Assembly: GCA_964587755.1 (NCBI GenBank)
Contig: CAZPMC010000001.1
Span: 53,127-117,126 of the forward strand
From: an uncultured Oscillospiraceae bacterium
GTDB taxonomy: Bacteria; Bacillota; Clostridia; Acetivibrionales; DTU013
Length of the DNA: 64,000 nucleotides
Direction: 5' to 3'
This document shows, piece by piece, positions 37,208 through 46,894 of the stretch (position 1 is the first letter of the stretch; every line of letters begins with the position of its first letter). The notes beneath the pieces are model-generated. The model did no database searches. It saw only the letters and a program-made list of their open reading frames with translations, and was not told the DNA's origin. The translations under genes and the position numbers were made by a program.

Positions 37208-37978
37208 TTATATTCCTACAATGTGCATCCCACTGTCTACATGTATGACCTCACCCGTGATTCCCTTGGACATATCGCTTAAAAGAAATACTGCTGCATC
37301 ACCAAGCTCTGATAGCTCAACATTCTTCCTAAGGGGAGCTTTTTGTCTTGTCACCTCAAGAATTGAATTGAAATCCTTTACACCCTTTGCAGAAAGGGTT
37401 TTTACAGCACCGGCAGATATGGCATTGACTCTGATGCCATCGGGACCCATATCGTTTGCCATATACATTACACTTGCTTCAAGGGCTGCCTTGGCTACCC
37501 CCATTACATTGTATCCTGTAAACGCCTTTTCAGAGCCCATGTATGTAAGCGTTACAATACTGCCGCCCTGGGTCATAAGCTCCTTGGCCTTCTGTCCTAC
37601 TTTTACAAGGGAATAAGCACTTATATCAAGAGCAATAGCAAACCCCTCACGTGACGTATTTACAAAGCTTTCCTGAAGATCTTCCCTCTTTGCAAATGCA
37701 ATGGCGTGAACCAGCCCGTGAATTACTCCTGCTTCTTTTTTAATTGCTTCAAAAAAAGCATCTACGTCATCGTCTGAGGTAACATCCAGTTGAAATGCCT
37801 GAACACCTCCAAGCTCATCAGCAAGCTGAGTAACGGAAGCCTTTTCCCTATCTCCCTGATATGTGAAAAAGAGTTTCGCCCCCTCACGATGTGCGGCAGC
37901 TGCAATTCCCCATGCAATACTCCATTTATTCCTTACTCCCATGATAATTATATTTTTATCTTTTAATAAATCTCCCAT
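37208..37978 (-). CDS. fabI: Enoyl-ACP reductase FabI
   Basis: 256 aa. IIIMGVRNKWSIAWGIA, YMGSEKAFTGYNVMGVAKAALE (Y...K), ISAGAVKTLSA. Confidence 0.9.
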   Translation of the reverse strand: MGDLLKDKNIIIMGVRNKWSIAWGIAAAAHREGAKLFFTYQGDREKASVTQLADELGGVQAFQLDVTSDDDVDAFFEAIKKEAGVIHGLVHAIAFAKREDLQESFVNTSREGFAIALDISAYSLVKVGQKAKELMTQGGSIVTLTYMGSEKAFTGYNVMGVAKAALEASVMYMANDMGPDGIRVNAISAGAVKTLSAKGVKDFNSILEVTRQKAPLRKNVELSELGDAAVFLLSDMSKGITGEVIHVDSGMHIVGI

Positions 37979-38042
37979 AGCTTCACCATCCCTTTCGAAT
38001 ATATTTTACCATTTGAAGAATAATTGTCAACTGGTCATAAAA

Positions 38043-39383
38043 CTAGGTGATAATCTCTTTTGCTGCAAGCTCCAGCAAAATCTTTTTTTCATTGAGCCTC
38101 GGATCCTCAAAGACCTTGTTAAGGAGCAGGTTCAGCACCCGCCCGATATCTTCCCCCTCTTTAAAACCAAGCTCGATAAGATCCTTGCCATTTACATCAA
38201 GCTCATCTAGGCTCAGGCAGCTTTTTTCTTCCTTTAGCTTTAAATAAGTTTTTTCTATTAAACCTGTATATTCCAGCTTCTGCTTAATTTCATCAGGGTT
38301 TTTACCAGAAGTATCAGCTCTTCTAACTTTCATCAAATCCATGAAAATATCCTCACCGACTGCATTTACAGCCTTCGCCACATACTTTGGCCGGGGGATG
38401 ATTTGCCTGTCATGATGTCTGATTAACCGAAGAATTCTATCAACGCTCTTATTGTCAAATCTCAATCTTTTTAATATATTTTTTGAAAGCTCTTCACTTT
38501 TTCTGGCATGTCCGTAAAAGTGGTCAATTCCTTTTGCATCTGTTGTCTTTGTAACTGCTTTCCCGATGTCGTGCAAAAGCATTGTCCATCTGAGAATGAC
38601 ATCTTCCTCAATAGACTGCATCGCTTTTAACGTGTGCTCACCTACATTATAGATATGATGAGGGTTGTGTTGTTGAGTCTTAAAGCAGGAATCGACCTCA
38701 GGCAGAATAATTTTAAGAAGCCCTGTATCCTTAAGCAATATAAATTTTTCAGGCCTTTTCGATGTTAAAATCCCTGTTATTTCATCTCTTATTCTTTCAC
38801 CGCTGATATTCATAATAAGCTTATTGTTTTTAGCTATAGCATCTAGCGTCTCACTGTGGATTTCAAAGTCCAGGGTTGCTGCAAACCTTATTGCTCGGAG
38901 CATTCGCAGAGCATCCTCCTGAAACCGTTCCTCAGGAATACCAACGGCTCTTATTATCCGCGAATGAATGTCTTCTACTCCTCCAAAAGGGTCAACAATA
39001 CCTCTTTCTTCGTTCCACGCCAAAGCATTCATGGTAAAATCCCTGCGGCGCAGGTCATCCTCAATATTCCTTGTAAACTCAACTAAGCTCGGGTGCCTGC
39101 CGTCATTATATTTCCCGTCAATTCGGAATGTGGTGACTTCATAAGCATCATCATTCATTAATACTGTAACGGTTCCATGCTTAAGCCCTGTATCAACTGT
39201 TTTCATAAAGAGAGCTTTGACTTCTGACGGCAGTGCATCTGTGGCAATATCCCAGTCACTAGGCTCCCTTCCAAGAATTGAATCTCTCACACAGCCGCCA
39301 ACGACATACGCTTCATAGCCGTTTCTTTTCAGCACATTAAATATATCCGATATGCTCTTATTTATTTTAACAACTGCTTCCAT
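38043..39383 (-). CDS. cca: CCA-adding tRNA nucleotidyltransferase with HD domain
   Basis: ORF 38043..39440. Start MEAVVKINK at 39383 follows RBS GAAAGGA. GGCVRDSILGREPSDWDIAT, RRDFTMNA, LLHDIGK. Confidence 0.9.
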   Translation of the reverse strand: MEAVVKINKSISDIFNVLKRNGYEAYVVGGCVRDSILGREPSDWDIATDALPSEVKALFMKTVDTGLKHGTVTVLMNDDAYEVTTFRIDGKYNDGRHPSLVEFTRNIEDDLRRRDFTMNALAWNEERGIVDPFGGVEDIHSRIIRAVGIPEERFQEDALRMLRAIRFAATLDFEIHSETLDAIAKNNKLIMNISGERIRDEITGILTSKRPEKFILLKDTGLLKIILPEVDSCFKTQQHNPHHIYNVGEHTLKAMQSIEEDVILRWTMLLHDIGKAVTKTTDAKGIDHFYGHARKSEELSKNILKRLRFDNKSVDRILRLIRHHDRQIIPRPKYVAKAVNAVGEDIFMDLMKVRRADTSGKNPDEIKQKLEYTGLIEKTYLKLKEEKSCLSLDELDVNGKDLIELGFKEGEDIGRVLNLLLNKVFEDPRLNEKKILLELAAKEIIT

Positions 39384-39535
39384 ACGTATCCTTTCATGAC
39401 CATACTTAAGTATATCCATAATTTTATCATATAATTGCATTTTTATGGCTGATATGAAACTTGTTAGCTGATTCTACGTCTATATAAAATAGTATGATAA
39501 AATAAACCTGTAAAATTATTGAATGTGAGGTAAAT

Positions 39536-42500
39536 ATGAAAGGGAAAATAGTCAGATTATTTAAAAGTAAGCCGTTACTTTACGGCGCAGTATCAGCCTT
39601 AGTGCTGGCAGTACTGGTGGTCGGTATTGCAGCTATGTTTGGAGCTTTTGGCAGTAAGGATCGTTCTGGCATAAACGAAGCTCTGGCAGATTCCACCGGT
39701 CTTCTTAAAAATAAGATTACATTTAAAGACAACCCAATGAAAATAACGCCTACAGAATCTGACAGCCTTGGTGTCAGCCCATTATCTGCATTTAAACTTG
39801 TCTTTGAAAAAGCCGCAGATGAAAAGCTGCTCGCTTCCTCTCTCAGTGTCAGACCTGAGCAAGCCTACAATTTAAAAAAGATAACCGACAGGGAGTACGA
39901 AATTGAATTCGTTGAACCCCTTGAAAAGGACAAAATTTACAACTTTATTCTAAATGATAAGCAGACAGGTGCAAAGCAGTCTTATGCTTTCCAAACAAAA
40001 AAGTCTCTTAACGTAATCAGAACGCTGCCACGCAATCAAAGCGTTCAAGTTCCTGTGAATTCCGGCATCGAAATTACTTTTAGCCATGAAAATATTGAAA
40101 ACCCCGAAGAGCATTTTGAGATATCCCCCAACGTTAAGGGTAAGTTCGAAATGCATAAGAAGACACTTGTTTTCGTTCCTGAAAAATTAGAAGAAGGCAC
40201 AGTTTATACGGCTACGATTAAAAGCGGGATTAAAGTTTCTGGCAGCGCCGAAACCCTTGAAAACGATTATTCTTTTAAATTTCAAACCGTTACCTCACAA
40301 AAATCAAATGACCGGACATTCTATTTTGAGTTTTCGAATTTAATGTATAACTTCACTCCCACCTCTACCCCCGCATTGGAGGTCTTCGCAAGTTCAGATT
40401 TGCATGATAAGGAATTAGAGGTGGATTTGTACAACTATTCTGATGCCGATAGCTTTCTAAAAGATCTGGAGCTTCTAAACGACAGACCTTTCTGGGCTTG
40501 GTATCAAAATAAAGAAAAGCTATATGATGAAACAAAGCTGACAAAAGCAGCTTCAGTGAATGCACGGATTGTAACTCACCAAAATTCGTACTGGAGTACA
40601 TCCTATTTACTTTTGCCTTCCTCCCTTCCCGAAGGATATTATTTGGTCAAGATGCAGATAGAAGGTGATAAATTTTATGCTCATCTTCAAATAAGCAAAT
40701 CATCAGTCTACATTATGTCCACAAAGGATAAAACCCTGGCCTGGGTTAACGACTCCGAAACAGGGAATCCATTGCCGGGTGCCAAAATCAGACGAAGCAA
40801 TAGCACCGCCGAAGCAGTGACAAATGAAGAAGGTATAGCGGTTGTAAATGACCTTCTGCCTTCATTGTCAGATGTAACGTACCACTATTATATTGTCAAA
40901 CCTGCCTCGGGAATGACCTTTATAGCACCGCTGGGAAGTAACTACTACCAGCCTTTCTATACCTACAACAGCTCTGAAACAATAAATAACTACTGGACTT
41001 ATATCTATACTGATAAGGGCATATATCTTCCTGAGGATACAGTCAATGTATGGGGCATACTCAAACCCAGAGACGGAAGTAGCAGTGAAGTAAACGGCAC
41101 CCTTGAGGTAGTACGTTACGACTATTCCTATGAAGGTGAAAGCAGAGAATCGGTTTTGACATCGGAAAGAGTTAAGATATCACCCAACGGCACATTTACA
41201 GGGAGCCTTAAGCTTTCAAACTTCAATCCCGGCTCTTATGTAGTAAAGCTTAATGTCAACGGGAAATCACTATTATCACACTATCTTCAAATTTCCGACT
41301 ATACCAAACCGTCTTATAAAATAGATATTGTACCTGAACGTAATTATATGTATGTTTGGGAAAAGGTTAAATTCGATATTAATGCTTCCTTTTATGAAGG
41401 CACTCCTGTATCAGATGTAAGGCTCAGCTATTTCAGCAATTTGGCTGGTGCAAGGCAAACCAACGGAGTATTGATAAGTGACTCCTCAGGCTCTTCAAGC
41501 CATACTGTCGCACCCGATATCAATGTCACCGATTGGAGACCTCTTTCCCTGTATTTTAACGTAAGCAACCATGAAGCGGAAGAAAAGGAAATCGCCGCAT
41601 ATAGCAATGTATATGTGTTCCCGAAGGACACAATGATTGAGGTTGATACAAAAGGGAAAAAAGGCAGTGCAACCATCACCACCAGTAAGATAGATCTTAA
41701 CAAGCTTGCCGGTAAGCCAGCGGAGTACTACAGCGAAGATGAGTACAGAGGCGCTCCTGTTGACATGCCCATAACTGTTAAACTATTTGAGAGGCATTTT
41801 GAGAAAAAGGTTAAAGGCCAATACTATGATTACATCAACAAAGTAACCCAGGAAATATATGAATACTATGAAGTTACTAATCTTGTTGAAGAGTATTCCG
41901 TTAGGACTTCAGCGGGAAAACATGATGTAAGCTTTGATATCGATGACGATAAAAACTATTATTTGGAGGTTCATGGCAAGGATTCTGCAGGCCGGGAGGT
42001 TATTGAAACAAAATACCTTTATGATTGGAATTACTATTACCCATATAACACCAGCACTTACTATATAGCTGGCAGTGGTATGAATAAGCAGTTTAGCCTG
42101 GGAGACAGGGCTACTGTAGAGGTAAAGTACAATAAAGAGTCTCCCGTCGATGAAAGCAAAAACAAATATCTGTATATTCGTTTGAAAAACGGTATTATTG
42201 ACTTTACTGTCTTGCCAAACTCCACATACGAGTTTGATTACAGCGAAAATATGATACCAAATATGTATGTCAAGGCTGTATGCTTTGACGGCACCAATGT
42301 ATATGATGCAGGAATCCGGCAGTATACCTTTGACAGCAAAGAAAAACAGCTAAACATCAGTGTCAGTGCTGATAAGGATAGCTATAAGCCCGGCGATACC
42401 GTGAAATTGACCTTCGAAGTAAAGGATATTAAAGGTCAGCCAAAAAGCTCTGAGATAAATGTGAGCATTGTTGATGAATCATATTTTGCAATCTCACCTC

Positions 42501-44485
42501 AAAATGTCAATATGCTGTCAAGTTTGTATAACCCTATCGTCTCAAGCGGTATTATCTCAGATTATATATCCTACCGTTCTGCCGGTGATAACGCCTTCCC
42601 AATGGCCGAAGGCGGCGAGGGCGGAGATATGTATGTTAGGAACGATTTTAAGGATAGTGCATTGTTTAAGACTATTGTCAGCGGAAATGACGGGAAGGCT
42701 TCCGTCAGCTTTAAGCTTCCCGACAATCTCACCTCATGGCGGGTGACCTATCAGGCTGTGACCGAAGACCTTGAAGCTGGAAGCGGCAAAATGAATATAT
42801 CATCAAAGCTGCCCTTCTTCGTAAGCACTATCTTCAATAAATCCTTTATCACGGAAGATACACCGTCAATGCTAGTAAGAGCCTATGGTACTGCTGTAAC
42901 CGGCACTTCTGAGGTCAGCTACAAAGTTACTCTGACCGATGATAAAGGAGCTGTAAATACATTTACAGCCAAGGGTTATGCCAATACCATAACAGAAATA
43001 CCCTTGACTAGCCTACAAGCCGGAAATTACACAGCAAGAGTCGAAGCTCACAGCGGAACACTTAAGGACGCTTTGGAGCAGCAATTCAAAGTATCGGACA
43101 GTCTCCTTGAGACAAGCAGAACAGACAATATCACCTTAAGTGACAGCACCGTTTTGTCAAATAATACAAAGGGTCTGACAACATTGACCTTCTATAATGA
43201 AGATTCCTCTCTTCTGTATAATGAGCTAAATAATTTAAGATGGAGCTGGGGCCAAAGGCTTGATCAAAAGCTTGCAAGAAAAATATCAGGTGATTTGTTG
43301 AAGAAGCGCTTCAATGAGGAGCTGTACTTTGATGAGAGCTTTGATATATCAAAATACCAGACACCGGACGGCGGACTTGCAATATTAACCTATGGCAGCA
43401 GTGAACCCGCTTTGTCTGCAAAAATGGCAGCACTGGCACAAGACTACATTGATGCGCCTGCCTTGGCATCTTACTTCAGAAAAATATTGGAAAGTGAAGA
43501 CTCAGTGCATGAGGACATTGCATATGCTTACTGGGGCCTGGCTGCCCTAAAGGAACCGGTACTTCTGGAAATCAGAAATCTTATTGAGAATGTCGACAAT
43601 CCCATGGACATTAAGCTTGTTCTCGGCGCTGCACTTGCTCAGATAGGAGATTTCCAAGGGGCAAAGGAAATTTACGACGAAGCCATGTCAAAAAGCGGAA
43701 AGGTTACAGATACATTCGCATTTATCGAAAGCGGCACGAGGGATGACACAATACAAGCCACTGCTTTATGTTCCCTTATCGGGATGTATATTAACGCACC
43801 TGAAAAAATCAAGCTGTTTAATTATATAAAATCAAATTCCACAACTGAGCTTTTAGTCAATCTGGAGCGTTTAATGTTTGTAACAAATTATGTTAGTTAT
43901 TCAGATTCCGAAGCAGGCTTTGCCTACGAACTGGATGGGACAAAAAAGCAAATCGATCTTAAAAACGGCAGCTACTATACTTTGGTCTTAACACCGGAAA
44001 AGCTTTCTTCCATCAAGTTTTCAGACATTAAAGGAAAGATAGTTGTTTCATCATCCTATGTTGCTCCTGTAAGTGTGCTTAAGGCATCACAGGACAATCT
44101 GGTATCACTGTCCCGCTCTTACAGCATAAATGGAAGTATAACTACTTCCTTCAACCGCTCAGACACCATTAGGATAACCCTGACCCCCAGCTTTAGTGAA
44201 AACGCACCCGACGGGTACTATGAGATAACCGATATACTGCCTGCGGGCTTAAGACATGTCTATAATCATTCAGACATGCGAGACGCTTATCCCGATGAGG
44301 TTACAGGGCAAAAGATTGTCTTTGGTTACTACTACAGCAAAAAGCATTATAAAGGGGAAAATATCGTATACTATGCAAGAGCAGCATCCCCCGGCACATT
44401 TACAGCAGACAACGCCGCCATCCGTCATTCGGACAGTGATGTGACAGGATTTACAGGTAAAACAAAGGTAACAGTAAACAAGTAA
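39536..44485 (+). CDS. Membrane-anchored alpha-2-macroglobulin-family protein (MG/Ig-like repeats); canonical thioester motif not seen
   Basis: 1649 aa. N-terminal TM LLYGAVSALVLAVLVVGIAAMFGAF. Many beta-sandwich repeats. A2M signature NDFKDSALFKTIVSGNDGKASVSFKLPDNLTSWRVTYQAVTEDLEAGSG. Where GCxEQ is expected I read WSWGQRLDQ. Confidence 0.75.
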   Translation: MKGKIVRLFKSKPLLYGAVSALVLAVLVVGIAAMFGAFGSKDRSGINEALADSTGLLKNKITFKDNPMKITPTESDSLGVSPLSAFKLVFEKAADEKLLASSLSVRPEQAYNLKKITDREYEIEFVEPLEKDKIYNFILNDKQTGAKQSYAFQTKKSLNVIRTLPRNQSVQVPVNSGIEITFSHENIENPEEHFEISPNVKGKFEMHKKTLVFVPEKLEEGTVYTATIKSGIKVSGSAETLENDYSFKFQTVTSQKSNDRTFYFEFSNLMYNFTPTSTPALEVFASSDLHDKELEVDLYNYSDADSFLKDLELLNDRPFWAWYQNKEKLYDETKLTKAASVNARIVTHQNSYWSTSYLLLPSSLPEGYYLVKMQIEGDKFYAHLQISKSSVYIMSTKDKTLAWVNDSETGNPLPGAKIRRSNSTAEAVTNEEGIAVVNDLLPSLSDVTYHYYIVKPASGMTFIAPLGSNYYQPFYTYNSSETINNYWTYIYTDKGIYLPEDTVNVWGILKPRDGSSSEVNGTLEVVRYDYSYEGESRESVLTSERVKISPNGTFTGSLKLSNFNPGSYVVKLNVNGKSLLSHYLQISDYTKPSYKIDIVPERNYMYVWEKVKFDINASFYEGTPVSDVRLSYFSNLAGARQTNGVLISDSSGSSSHTVAPDINVTDWRPLSLYFNVSNHEAEEKEIAAYSNVYVFPKDTMIEVDTKGKKGSATITTSKIDLNKLAGKPAEYYSEDEYRGAPVDMPITVKLFERHFEKKVKGQYYDYINKVTQEIYEYYEVTNLVEEYSVRTSAGKHDVSFDIDDDKNYYLEVHGKDSAGREVIETKYLYDWNYYYPYNTSTYYIAGSGMNKQFSLGDRATVEVKYNKESPVDESKNKYLYIRLKNGIIDFTVLPNSTYEFDYSENMIPNMYVKAVCFDGTNVYDAGIRQYTFDSKEKQLNISVSADKDSYKPGDTVKLTFEVKDIKGQPKSSEINVSIVDESYFAISPQNVNMLSSLYNPIVSSGIISDYISYRSAGDNAFPMAEGGEGGDMYVRNDFKDSALFKTIVSGNDGKASVSFKLPDNLTSWRVTYQAVTEDLEAGSGKMNISSKLPFFVSTIFNKSFITEDTPSMLVRAYGTAVTGTSEVSYKVTLTDDKGAVNTFTAKGYANTITEIPLTSLQAGNYTARVEAHSGTLKDALEQQFKVSDSLLETSRTDNITLSDSTVLSNNTKGLTTLTFYNEDSSLLYNELNNLRWSWGQRLDQKLARKISGDLLKKRFNEELYFDESFDISKYQTPDGGLAILTYGSSEPALSAKMAALAQDYIDAPALASYFRKILESEDSVHEDIAYAYWGLAALKEPVLLEIRNLIENVDNPMDIKLVLGAALAQIGDFQGAKEIYDEAMSKSGKVTDTFAFIESGTRDDTIQATALCSLIGMYINAPEKIKLFNYIKSNSTTELLVNLERLMFVTNYVSYSDSEAGFAYELDGTKKQIDLKNGSYYTLVLTPEKLSSIKFSDIKGKIVVSSSYVAPVSVLKASQDNLVSLSRSYSINGSITTSFNRSDTIRITLTPSFSENAPDGYYEITDILPAGLRHVYNHSDMRDAYPDEVTGQKIVFGYYYSKKHYKGENIVYYARAASPGTFTADNAAIRHSDSDVTGFTGKTKVTVNK

Positions 44486-44503
44486 TTCTTTGGAGGGAAT
44501 CAA

Positions 44504-45439
44504 ATGAGAAAGCACAGCATAATGCTAATATCTATTATCACTATGACTGTGCTTTTCTCTTCCCTTTTCACAGGCTGTAAAGTCTCTGAAAACAATTCCT
44601 CTCCCATTGAACAAAACAGTCCTGGCCTGCCGACTGGCAGGGAGCCTTCCACAGCTTCCACCCATAACATACGGTATTACGACAGGAAAAGCTTTATGAC
44701 TTCTGTTGCATCAGTTTCAAAGGAGCAGGCTGAAGCTACATCTGATGTCATCGGAGGTATTGTCCCCCATCATTTGCTTGCTGGCAATATGATTGCGGAA
44801 TTTTTCTATCAGCTGTCCTTAAGCTCTCCCGAAACATTGATTGTATTGGCTCCAAACCATAGAAAGTTGGGAGTAAGCGGGCTTCATACCTCAAAGCTCG
44901 GTTGGGGGACAGCCTTTGGCGTCCTTGAAGCAAATTCTCATATTATTGATGACCTTATTAAGAATTTCAAAGCATTACAAAACACAACGATTATGGAGGA
45001 GGAGCACTCCATTTCATCCCTTGTTCCATATATAAAATACTATATGCCCGACGTGAAAATCGTACCCATACTGCTTCATGGAAATAATACAAAGCAAGAA
45101 TCTGTGAAGCTGGGCGAAAAGCTCTCGGAGTACGCTTCCGGGAACCCAGGTGTCGTAATTATTGCATCTGTCGATTTCTCGCACTACCTGGATGCAGAAA
45201 CTGCAAAGAAGATGGATATAGTAACCCTGGAGGCCATAAAGTCATATGATATTGAATCTATTTATGCAATGGGAAATGACAATCTTGACTCCCCTCCATC
45301 TATTATCACACTACTGACTGCTATGGAAAATTTAAATTCCTCTGGTTTGGAAGTCCTGGGTCATGGGATCTCATCGGATATTACAGGCAGCGGGGCTGAT
45401 TATACTACAAGCTACTATACAATCCTCTTCAATCCTTAA
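44504..45439 (+). CDS. Memo-like (AmmeMemoRadiSam system protein B family) lipoprotein
   Basis: 311 aa. Signal peptide plus lipobox LFSSLFTGC. GGIVPHHLLAG, LAPNHR, EEEHSISSLVPYIKYY, ASVDFSHYL. Starts 18 nt after the A2M stop. Confidence 0.75.
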   Translation: MRKHSIMLISIITMTVLFSSLFTGCKVSENNSSPIEQNSPGLPTGREPSTASTHNIRYYDRKSFMTSVASVSKEQAEATSDVIGGIVPHHLLAGNMIAEFFYQLSLSSPETLIVLAPNHRKLGVSGLHTSKLGWGTAFGVLEANSHIIDDLIKNFKALQNTTIMEEEHSISSLVPYIKYYMPDVKIVPILLHGNNTKQESVKLGEKLSEYASGNPGVVIIASVDFSHYLDAETAKKMDIVTLEAIKSYDIESIYAMGNDNLDSPPSIITLLTAMENLNSSGLEVLGHGISSDITGSGADYTTSYYTILFNP

Positions 45440-45517
45440 TATTTTTATTAACATTTACTATGTTTACGGGTATAATAGATTTGTTGTATATATGAAAAAA
45501 GAAAGCAGGATAAACAA

Positions 45518-46819
45518 ATGCGATGGCTTGAGGTAAAAAGCTCAAAACCGCTTAACGGCAGTATTAAAATCCCCGGTTCAAAAAATAGCTCACTTGCTCT
45601 TATGGCAGCATGCTGCTTAGCTGATGAACCCATATATTTAACAAATATCCCTGAAATATCAGATACAAAAATAGTGCAAAAAATATTAAGAAGCATCGGT
45701 GCTTCTTTGGATAAAAAAGGTGATACGTACATAATCGATCCCCGGAGTATTCATACGGCTGAAATAAGCCCCGAATTATCTTCAACCTTTAGGGCTGCCT
45801 ATTACTTTGCAGGCGCTCTTTTGGCAAAGCACCGGAAAGTATCCATTGGATACCCAGGAGGAGATAATTTCGTATCACGCCCTATTGACCAGCACATAAA
45901 GGGCTTTCAAGCACTAGGCGCTAAAGTTACATGCTACGAGGATTATTATACCGTTGAAGCAGACCAGCTTACCGGTACAGATATTTTCTTCGACGTTGTT
46001 ACAGGCGGGGCTACCATTAATATCATGCTTGCAGCAGTATTAGCCAAAGGAAGGACTACCCTTTACAATGCTGCAAAGGACCCCGAGGTAGTGGACACCG
46101 CCATGCTTCTTAATAAAATGGGAGCATATATCTATGGTGCAGGTACCGATACAATACGTATACAAGGTGTATCACAGCTTGGAGGATGTACTCACTCAGC
46201 CACTCCCGACAGGCTTATTGCAGGCGCATACCTGATTGCAGGCGGAGTCACAGGGGGTACATTAACTGTAGAGAATGTAATAATAGAGCATTTAGAAGCA
46301 TGCATTGCAAAGCTTACCGAATCAGGTCTTGAGTTTTCCGTTTCCGATAACAACATCACAGTCCACGGGGGCGGAAGAATTAAAGCAACAAGAATAAGAA
46401 CAGGTAAATTCCCCATGTTTGAAAGTGACTTCCAGCAGCCTGCCACTGTATTATTATTGAAAGCAGCAGGTAGAAGCATAATATCAGATAAAATATATCC
46501 CAAGCGATTTAATCATTGCGACCAGCTAAATAGAATGGGCGCAGACATTATCGTGAAAAACGGAGTAGCCCGTATCAACAGCCACAGACAGCTCAAAGGC
46601 AATTGGGTACATGCTGGTGATATTAGAGCAGGTACTGCACTTGTACTTGCAGGGCTTATGGCAGAGGGTACTACAAGGATTACAGGTGTTGAACACATTG
46701 AGCGCGGATATGAGGATATTGTAAGGGATTTTAGATATCTGGGTGCCGATATTTCTTTACGGTCCGAAGGAAACATTGCTCCGTTTGAAAAGTCAACCAT
46801 CAGAATAATAAAAGGCTGA
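45518..46819 (+). CDS. murA: UDP-N-acetylglucosamine 1-carboxyvinyltransferase (MurA family), Asp at the catalytic Cys115 position
   Basis: 433 aa. PGSKNSSLA (Lys22), YPGGDNFVSRPIDQHI aligns with E. coli LPGGCTIGARPVDLHI (GAT codon 45863-45865), ESDFQQP, IRAGTALVLAG, IERGYEDI. Confidence 0.9.
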   Translation: MRWLEVKSSKPLNGSIKIPGSKNSSLALMAACCLADEPIYLTNIPEISDTKIVQKILRSIGASLDKKGDTYIIDPRSIHTAEISPELSSTFRAAYYFAGALLAKHRKVSIGYPGGDNFVSRPIDQHIKGFQALGAKVTCYEDYYTVEADQLTGTDIFFDVVTGGATINIMLAAVLAKGRTTLYNAAKDPEVVDTAMLLNKMGAYIYGAGTDTIRIQGVSQLGGCTHSATPDRLIAGAYLIAGGVTGGTLTVENVIIEHLEACIAKLTESGLEFSVSDNNITVHGGGRIKATRIRTGKFPMFESDFQQPATVLLLKAAGRSIISDKIYPKRFNHCDQLNRMGADIIVKNGVARINSHRQLKGNWVHAGDIRAGTALVLAGLMAEGTTRITGVEHIERGYEDIVRDFRYLGADISLRSEGNIAPFEKSTIRIIKG

Positions 46820-46894
46820 GTTAGTCTGCATCCTCAGACTTACCCAGCCTTTGTATATAAAAGCTTCAGAGGGGAAAATCTCCTAAGCTGTAGT

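Noticed and set aside
36925-37616. Plus ORFs 36925..37248 (107 aa) and 37164..37616 (150 aa)
   Set aside because: The first has an implausible Cys/Arg-rich sequence and no RBS. The second is antisense to fabI.
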